Part shown: one piece after another, positions 54,701 through 61,154 of the stretch | How the letters are laid out: each line of letters starts with the position of its first letter | Position numbering within the stretch: position 1 is the stretch's first letter | IMG/VR virus record: IMGVR_UViG_3300042868_005134 | Coordinates: 248,001-312,000 of that record | DNA length: 64,000 bases | Strand: one strand, 5' to 3' | Position numbers and translations under genes: made by a program | Notes under the pieces: model-generated | What the model was told of the DNA's origin: nothing | What the model saw: the letters and a program-made list of their open reading frames with translations, nothing else | Database searches by the model: none

Positions 54701-54895
54701 ATCCGCTAGATCTGCTAGGTTAACGGGAATAGTTCCCACAGCATAGCTTAAACTAGTCCACGGAGTAGTGCCGTTACCAATTTTAAATCTACCGGTATTT
54801 GTTTCAAATCCTGGTTCGCCTGCTGCTAAGACAACAGTACCTGATGCTGTCCACTCTAAAGCAGTTCCTTTTCTCAATATAATTTGTTGGGGCAT
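51800..54895 (-). CDS. tail fibre protein with Mtd_N-like N-terminal domain
   Basis: IILRKGTALEW...GEPGFETNTGRFKIGNGTTPWTSL; internal repeats; short GPAG collagen-like stretch. Confidence 0.75.
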   Translation of the reverse strand: MPQQIILRKGTALEWTASGTVVLAAGEPGFETNTGRFKIGNGTTPWTSLSYAVGTIPVNLADLADVTSDTPSSGQVLKWNGSAWAPAADAGGGGTTYSVGAETATGGANLRLTGSDMVTDDVKIDSGTGITVSRTDASTILITNDVVDTTYAISSETATGGANLRLTGSNSSTDDVKLASGTDISVERTDAGTITINSTSGRVQSGLGLDLAFYEIPGTTVKGSNGFLTYDAAGSSLYVEGRVNYKVLGVGKGSVTPNTNGITVSASSQLDLVGPSIRLSGSSISIGGAPGQGRSSLIVTDNGAPVAGGTPVLTLRSYSPSASTLPGLVLQRISSVDGTPTPMLTGDNIYSIRWSGFDGYAPTSTITNISRTAGILTVTTSGSHGMTTSSLGPTSWAVTIVCTTNSSVNLINITTLTVPSSTSFTVTSPGPDITSEAGAGTVTAYNFDVRIAQIKAEATGTISTGIIPGVLKLQVASSSGTMQEVLRLNSDRTARFFNTVAIDGTSNGLRIGSSGGSGGGLITAVGTTINLPGGSTVNGAPIGSIVIKGTVADNTALLALTGMTLGDAYVVLSPSPTHLWSYSGSAWVDLGVFQGPAGTNGQGVPTGGTVGQVLSKIDGTDYNTEWTTVSTVATSGAYADLSGTPTLSTVATTGAYSDLSGTPSIPAAYASTSIDALSDVDTTTSAPTNGQTLVWNSAGSKWLPGTASAGDMVGPASATDNALVRFDGTTGKLSQTSLVTVSDTGAITAPGVGSVIPFYYADQTAFPNATTYHGAIAHSHADGKMYFAHSTTWNALANASDVPAAYSATSINALSDVDTSTAAPSNGQALVWNSVRSNWEPGTVSGGGVTYGISAETVSGGANIRLTGSDTSTDNLTIAAGTNVTVTRTDANTITIASSGGGGSMATRADVIGTTASLADAATGNVAVTGHKSYALLKILVDQPAWVRIYTDTASRSADSSRAEGVDPTPGSGVIAEVITTSAAQTVLISPGTIGFNNEGTPLASIPIAVTNKSGTTRTITVTLTVLQLEA

Positions 54896-54917
54896 GTTAA
54901 AAATCCTCTATCGTTGT

Positions 54918-54924
54918 TATTTAT
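54918..54924 (-). promoter_or_regulatory. putative late promoter ATAAATA
   Basis: 22 nt before ATG 54895. Confidence 0.55.
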
Positions 54925-54935
54925 GCGTTTTTGAG

Positions 54936-55511
54936 TTATGGCGTGCCGCCATCGATAACCACAGTGAAAGTGGAACCTGGACCACCACCATCCAATACTA
55001 CATCAAATACTGTGGAACTTGGGCCGCCACCATCAATTATGCTGGTTGAGCTGTCTGTAATGCCGACGCTTACCGTGACAGCTGGAGTAATGCTGTTTAA
55101 GGTTACTGTGAATGTTTCCGCGCCTTCTGTGGTAAAATCATTGGCTACAGCAATCACCAGCGAGGCAGTATTAGAGTTAACAGTAAATGACCCTGTTAAA
55201 ATAGCCAATCCTAAATCTGCTGCAGTAATCCCTGTTCCTGTAATGGTATATGGCACACTGGTACCATTATTTACATTAGTTGTAGTCAGTGTAATAGTTA
55301 CACTCGCGCCTTCGCTCACTGTGGCGCTACTTCTAGTTAGAGCATATGTAGGGGTAGTAGGAGCAGTGCCTCCAGATAATAAATTGCCGCCAGCTGTTAC
55401 ACCGTCGCCTACATAGATTAACTTTGTATCGGTAACATAGATAAGCTCACCTTCTTCTGGTGTAAAACTTAATCTATCTGTTTCAAGACCTCGTCTTAAT
55501 AATAATGACAT
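54936..55511 (-). CDS. fibre-associated protein (Mtd_N-like plus Calx-beta/Ig-like)
   Basis: LLLRRG...GELIYVTDTKLIYVGDG; EGAETFTVTL. Confidence 0.7.
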   Translation of the reverse strand: MSLLLRRGLETDRLSFTPEEGELIYVTDTKLIYVGDGVTAGGNLLSGGTAPTTPTYALTRSSATVSEGASVTITLTTTNVNNGTSVPYTITGTGITAADLGLAILTGSFTVNSNTASLVIAVANDFTTEGAETFTVTLNSITPAVTVSVGITDSSTSIIDGGGPSSTVFDVVLDGGGPGSTFTVVIDGGTP

Positions 55512-55527
55512 TGTTTTCCCCTAATCC

Positions 55528-56517
55528 TTAAAATGAACCTAAGTCCAATGTAAACCCACTAGGGTTTGTAAATGATCCAAAATCTAAATCTCCGCTAGAG
55601 CCACCGCCGGTAGAATTAATAGTTACATCACCCAATCCACTAATTGGACTAATAGTTACATTTGAGCCCGCTATAATTCTACTTACGCCTGACGTAATGG
55701 TATTTGGTGTCCACGCACTACCGTTCCACACCAGAGACTGTCCAATTGTGGGTGTTGCGCTGGAAACGTCAGCAAGATCTTCTAAATTGTGATTGCCAAT
55801 TGAGCTTACTGTTCCAGTCACATTGCCAATTAGCGACGAACCTGCCGTAGCAGTTACCACTCCAGTTACATTACCAGTTAAGTTTCCTTGAATGCCGTTG
55901 GACACAGTTAAATCTGTATCAACTAGCACACCGTTTGCGCTTGTTAGTATTAACTGCAAATCAGAATCAATAACAAGTCCGTCGCCTACGGCTGTGGAAA
56001 TATTATTAATGCCAGATGATATTTTGTTGTTACCACTGAACGTTAGGCCGTTGACACTTACACTATTGTAATTGGAAGTAACAGTGTTGTAGGCTTCTAT
56101 AACTAAACTATTATTTCGTACAACAATGTTGCCAGTGAATTCATCAGCAATTACCACACCGTCGATATCAATACTGCCAGTTCCTATAACATTAAAGTTG
56201 TTTAGGTCTAGATTGCCGCCTAGTTGTGGACTTGTATCTTCGACTAAGTTGTTTATGCTGTCTGGAGTGGCAATGCTAATATCATTGGCATTTTGTGTAA
56301 CTGTGATGTTGATGCCAGCATTGATTTTACGCAGTTGAAGATTTTTAGCTACTTTATCTTTAAATATTTCAGCGCCTAAACCTAGGTTAACAGCACTGAC
56401 AACACGGGTAAGATCTAGCTCTTCGGTATTGCTATTTACTTTGATAAATGCCGTGCGTAAATCATCGCCGGTGCCGTCGTTAGCATATGAACCTAGATTA
56501 ACTGTTTGAATTGTCAT
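55528..56517 (-). CDS. baseplate/tail-fibre connector with T4 gp9/gp10-like N-terminus
   Basis: VNLGSYANDGTGDDLRTAFIKVNSN; DTSPQLGGNLD. Confidence 0.75.
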   Translation of the reverse strand: MTIQTVNLGSYANDGTGDDLRTAFIKVNSNTEELDLTRVVSAVNLGLGAEIFKDKVAKNLQLRKINAGINITVTQNANDISIATPDSINNLVEDTSPQLGGNLDLNNFNVIGTGSIDIDGVVIADEFTGNIVVRNNSLVIEAYNTVTSNYNSVSVNGLTFSGNNKISSGINNISTAVGDGLVIDSDLQLILTSANGVLVDTDLTVSNGIQGNLTGNVTGVVTATAGSSLIGNVTGTVSSIGNHNLEDLADVSSATPTIGQSLVWNGSAWTPNTITSGVSRIIAGSNVTISPISGLGDVTINSTGGGSSGDLDFGSFTNPSGFTLDLGSF

Positions 56518-56535
56518 AATTCGTTCTCTTTAGTA

Positions 56536-56542
56536 TATTTAG
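56536..56542 (-). promoter_or_regulatory. putative late promoter CTAAATA overlapping desaturase stop
   Basis: 18 nt before ATG 56517. Confidence 0.55.
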
Positions 56543-57246
56543 CTGGTTCGCACTTTTGCTAAACCTAGACAACTTAATATACGTATATAAAACCATCCTA
56601 TGTCAAATTCATACCATTTCTGACTAAATTTGGGATTTGCTATATCTGCATGGTGATTGTTATGTAGTTCTTCGCCGCCAATCCATATGCCCCATGGCAT
56701 TAAATTTGTACTTTTATCGTTAGTGTTAGTATTGCGATAACCCCACCAGTGCGCCATTCCGTTGATAAATCCAGCAGCCCAAAATGGAATCCACAACATT
56801 TGTACACCCCACACTAGAAATCCCCATGGCCCAAATAATACGAGATCTACGATCAACATTAAGAGAATGCCAAGGCGATGGTGGGGTGTATAAAGTTTAC
56901 GTTCGATCCAGTCTTTGGGTGTGCCCATTCCGTATTTCATAACCATGGCCGCATCACTGCCTGCACGATTGTAATACTTGACTCCGCCAAATACTAGATT
57001 CCAAATGCCGTATACGTGTGGGCTATGCGGATCACCTTCAACGTCAGTGTTCTGATGATGCTTGCGATGTACTGCTACCCACTGCTTGGTAGTCATGCCT
57101 GTAGTCAGCCACAACCAAAAACGCATGGCATGTGCCAACACAGGATGGAACTCAACACCTCTATGACTTTGACTACGATGTAGGTACAACGTGACACTCA
57201 CTATAGTCAAGTGCGTCATTAAAAGTGTGATTAAGATTATCTCCAT
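56539..57246 (-). CDS. membrane fatty-acid desaturase (delta-9 type)
   Basis: His boxes HRSQSH, HRKHH, HNNHH; TM segments; start trimmed to MEIIL. Confidence 0.92.
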   Translation of the reverse strand: MEIILITLLMTHLTIVSVTLYLHRSQSHRGVEFHPVLAHAMRFWLWLTTGMTTKQWVAVHRKHHQNTDVEGDPHSPHVYGIWNLVFGGVKYYNRAGSDAAMVMKYGMGTPKDWIERKLYTPHHRLGILLMLIVDLVLFGPWGFLVWGVQMLWIPFWAAGFINGMAHWWGYRNTNTNDKSTNLMPWGIWIGGEELHNNHHADIANPKFSQKWYEFDIGWFYIRILSCLGLAKVRTS

Positions 57247-57248
57247 TA

Positions 57249-60200
57249 TTAATCCCACGCTCCGCCACTTTGTTGCCAAGCACCGTCTGTAAAGATTAAA
57301 GTACAGATGCCACCGATATTACTATAATAACCCTCACCGGAATTTTCGTATATTCTGAATGGCAATAATGTGCCAACGCCTATATTACGACTATTGGCAA
57401 CTAATACACTTACGTTGGCCTCAACAACACCATTTTGTGCCACTAGGTACATGATTTGTCCTTCAACACCATCAGCTAGAGTATAAACACCTTCTGACAG
57501 TTTGTTAATAGTCTTAGTTAGGTCTATGGCAGTGGCTGCGATAACGTTGGTCAATGTGGCCACAGTAAATGTAGTGTCATCAACTCCCATTGTTCCACCT
57601 AGTGATCCACCACCTAATACTGTTCCATAATCGCCAACGCTGAGATTAACAGCACTATCAGTAACCACAGCACTAATGTCGCCGTTAGCTGCCACTGTGA
57701 TGTCAAGTGTAAATCCTGTACCAAATACTACACCAAGTACTGTGCCTACGTTTAGGTTAATATTGTTGCTAGGTGATATGGTGACTGTTGCGGCTTCACC
57801 TTTGCCTACATCTTCAGCTACTGGACCATTCTTGGCCACAGTGGTAACACCAGGGTAGGCAGTAGTCTGAACTGTATCATCTGGGAATGTTAATCCACCA
57901 TCACCTTTTAAAGTCCAACTTTCAAGTCCTGCTGTCAATACAACATCACTGGCAATGTCAGCCACATACCAAGTCCAGTTGCCACCGCCCGATATTCCCA
58001 TGTCAGCATAAGGAACAGTTAGTACATCACCGCCACCAGATTCGCCACCGCCTGTGTGACCAGAGCCACCGTTGACCACTACAAATGCTGGAGCATGATA
58101 GTCTTCGCCATTTGTATTCCAAGTGACATTGACTACAATATCAGTTCCAGGAACAGCATAGTTGGATATGGGTGCTGGCGGTAATGAGGCAAAAGATGTA
58201 TTCAAAATACTGGAAGCACTTTGTATTACTATTACATTCGCCGCGGCACCTGTAGCAGGAGTAACTTCTCCTACACTGCTATTTTTTGGTAATGTCAGTG
58301 TACCATCTGTGCCAAAGGTCCAAGTCTTGTACGATTCCGCAAATGAAACTGTTTTTGGTCCATCATCAAATCCTGCGGTAATATCTTGGGCAACAAGAAT
58401 TATCCACCTGTCGGTGTTGGTATCTTCTTGGATATCTGTGATTGTAGCAGTTATTGGCGTTCCCCATGCTGTGGTCACAGTACCGCCTATATGAACAGTT
58501 GTACCCAAGGCAGGGTATATATTGGAGTCAATAAACAAACGCCAAACGCCACCCGGTGGTACAAGCTCATCTACAGTGGCTACAACGACACCACTTACTA
58601 GTGGATTTCCTATTTTTATAGATGTATCGTCTACGTTTTTAATGGTGTTTTGGGGGAATGTTGTAGTACCATCTGTGCCAAATCTCCATACATGCTGAGC
58701 ACCACCATCATTGTCGTTAGCACCAATCTCAACACCGTATGCGGCACTTCCTTGATATGACTCAGAGCGTTGAAGAACATAGTTGAAGTCATCACCAAAG
58801 TACAAGTCCATGCTATTTTGACCAGTGCCTTTCATAACGTGGAAGTGAGTCGTGCCGCCCGGTTCTGGTAGTGCGCCGAACTCTAATGTGCCACGGCTAG
58901 TACTCATAGTGACAACACCGTTGTTGTCTATACCAACTGAGTATTGGCCGTTGTCTATACTGTTGATAGTGCCAATGCTACCTTGTGTGTACAGTGTACC
59001 GACTAGGTCACTGGTAAGATCAAAGTCTGGATCAAAATCAGTTATGGTAAACGCACTGGCATAGTTGATGTCTGTTTTGGCAGCGTTAACCACTGCGATA
59101 TTGCTGGCAGACTCATCCAATAGTCCGCTAAATGTAGCAGCCTTAAAGTCATAGTCTCCGGCCGCAAATACCGTTCCGTCACTAGTAAACTGTGCCACAA
59201 TGGCGTGGCTAACTGTGCCACCTGGATCACCGTAGCCTCCGCCTACTGCTACATAACCTGATTTAACTGCCAGATTACTGCCACCTCCTTGTGGACCGAA
59301 CCAAACGCCACCACTAAATGTCCAAGTGGTTGTGTTGTCCAACAATCTCTGCCATACCACAGTACCGTCTAGATTATACTTGGCAATGACCATGCTGTAG
59401 TCGCTAGTATTGTTATTGCCAGTTATTGCCGATAGGTATAGACAATCGTCAGGACCAACTACAATACTGTTAGCAAAATCATCACAATCGCCTACTACCT
59501 TACGTGTCCATTGTTTAACACCTAGGCTGTTAAACTTGATGATGATCATGGCGTTGTCATCATCAAACAGTTGAGGTCCTTCATAGACATAGTTTCCGCA
59601 AACATAGATGTTGCCTTCACTGTCTATATCAGCATCTGCTCCCTTACAGTTAAATCCTGCGTCAACTTGTATGGCTCGCTGCCATTGTATTGCACCATCG
59701 CTATCGTACTTAACAACTAACATACGATCGTCATACTCGTTAGCAGCCAGTGAGCCAACTTTAACAACCATGTCGTCTACACCTGTTACTCCACCAAATG
59801 CAGAGCCGTTGAGGGTAACGAGAGTTCCGTCTACTGTACGACCACCCACAAGGTCAACAATGTTGGTAAATGTTGGAACGCCATCAGTAAAATCAACGCT
59901 GAAGGTAAACTCACCACCAGTTGCGCTAGCACCCAGTGTCCAGTTGGGATTGCTTGCTGGCACAGTATACAGGGTGGCCGCCGCATCGATGAGACCCAGT
60001 TGATCCATGTAGCCTACAGTGACTACTTCATTGGTTGGACCAACAGCCATGCCATAGGCTTGTTCACCACCTTGTCCATTCAGTGCTCTTGACCAAGTGA
60101 TTGCTCCAGTACTAGCGTTGATTTTACTAGTGACTATTTGACTGTCTGTGCCGTTATCGGCATAACCAACTACAATAGGACTACCATCCGATGCCACATC

Positions 60201-61139
60201 AACTACTGAGTTGGTGTTATCGTCACCAACATTGTACTTCTTGCTCCATACTACATTGCCATCTAGTTGACTAAGTTTAGTTAAAATAGCAGTTTCAGAT
60301 TCTGTATCATCGGCAACACCTGCAACATAGATAAACCCATTAACATTGTCCACTGCCATGCCCCAGCCGTCAGTTGTTGTGGCACCTTGAAAGGCCATAC
60401 TCCAAATCTTTGTGCCAAGAGAATCAAATCTTGCCACACTATTGAATCGACCGCTAGCGATAGTATCATGATTGATTAAGGCAACAATGTCACCGTTGGC
60501 CAAATATTCAACACTTGCGGCCATCTCTGGTACATCAGCAGGTGCTCCTGCTGCGGTTTCAAAATCCTGTACCCACACATTAAGGTTGTTGCCAGGGTAG
60601 GCAGTGGTCTGTACTGTGCTGTCAGGGAATGTAATGTGACCAGCTTGATCAAACATCCAAGTTTTTGATCCCAGAGTATTCTCAGCGGTAATGGTCACTG
60701 ACTTATCATCATCACTTACGCTGACATTATTCTGCTCACCGCCTAAGATTAGATTAGCACTACTTTGATCTATTGTACCACCAGCACGAATGTGTATGTG
60801 ATTGGGGCCAGTGGGATCTATGACGAGATATCGATGGTCGCCGTAGTCACCTTCAAATTCATCGTTACCGCGGTATAGAACAGCGTCTGGGATCAGTTTG
60901 ATAGTGTCTAAACCTTCGCCATCACCGCTGTCGGCATTTCCGCCGTAGAATATACCTTTGCTTAATACTTTACTTCTTATGTTTTGTCTAACACCGTCAA
61001 ACATCAAAAGTTCTAAGTTGCCATTATCGGTATTTTCATAAACCCCAAGTTCACCGCGAGGGCGAATTTCACTACTACTGTTGTTGTTGGCGTTGTCGCC
61101 TTCAATCTTGCTTGTTACTATTTTGCGTACTGTTGTCAT
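57249..61139 (-). CDS. large tail fibre/adhesin with beta-propeller-like repeats
   Basis: repeated AKY/KFxxxGxxxWxR blades; WxFxxxGxxTFP junction motifs. Confidence 0.7.
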   Translation of the reverse strand: MTTVRKIVTSKIEGDNANNNSSSEIRPRGELGVYENTDNGNLELLMFDGVRQNIRSKVLSKGIFYGGNADSGDGEGLDTIKLIPDAVLYRGNDEFEGDYGDHRYLVIDPTGPNHIHIRAGGTIDQSSANLILGGEQNNVSVSDDDKSVTITAENTLGSKTWMFDQAGHITFPDSTVQTTAYPGNNLNVWVQDFETAAGAPADVPEMAASVEYLANGDIVALINHDTIASGRFNSVARFDSLGTKIWSMAFQGATTTDGWGMAVDNVNGFIYVAGVADDTESETAILTKLSQLDGNVVWSKKYNVGDDNTNSVVDVASDGSPIVVGYADNGTDSQIVTSKINASTGAITWSRALNGQGGEQAYGMAVGPTNEVVTVGYMDQLGLIDAAATLYTVPASNPNWTLGASATGGEFTFSVDFTDGVPTFTNIVDLVGGRTVDGTLVTLNGSAFGGVTGVDDMVVKVGSLAANEYDDRMLVVKYDSDGAIQWQRAIQVDAGFNCKGADADIDSEGNIYVCGNYVYEGPQLFDDDNAMIIIKFNSLGVKQWTRKVVGDCDDFANSIVVGPDDCLYLSAITGNNNTSDYSMVIAKYNLDGTVVWQRLLDNTTTWTFSGGVWFGPQGGGSNLAVKSGYVAVGGGYGDPGGTVSHAIVAQFTSDGTVFAAGDYDFKAATFSGLLDESASNIAVVNAAKTDINYASAFTITDFDPDFDLTSDLVGTLYTQGSIGTINSIDNGQYSVGIDNNGVVTMSTSRGTLEFGALPEPGGTTHFHVMKGTGQNSMDLYFGDDFNYVLQRSESYQGSAAYGVEIGANDNDGGAQHVWRFGTDGTTTFPQNTIKNVDDTSIKIGNPLVSGVVVATVDELVPPGGVWRLFIDSNIYPALGTTVHIGGTVTTAWGTPITATITDIQEDTNTDRWIILVAQDITAGFDDGPKTVSFAESYKTWTFGTDGTLTLPKNSSVGEVTPATGAAANVIVIQSASSILNTSFASLPPAPISNYAVPGTDIVVNVTWNTNGEDYHAPAFVVVNGGSGHTGGGESGGGDVLTVPYADMGISGGGNWTWYVADIASDVVLTAGLESWTLKGDGGLTFPDDTVQTTAYPGVTTVAKNGPVAEDVGKGEAATVTISPSNNINLNVGTVLGVVFGTGFTLDITVAANGDISAVVTDSAVNLSVGDYGTVLGGGSLGGTMGVDDTTFTVATLTNVIAATAIDLTKTINKLSEGVYTLADGVEGQIMYLVAQNGVVEANVSVLVANSRNIGVGTLLPFRIYENSGEGYYSNIGGICTLIFTDGAWQQSGGAWD

Positions 61140-61154
61140 TTTATTCGCCCTTGA

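Noticed and set aside
51800-55511. Diversity-generating retroelement suggested by Mtd_N-like domains
   Set aside because: No reverse transcriptase or avd, and no TR/VR pair differing only at adenines was seen; Mtd_N-like domains are common fibre N-termini.
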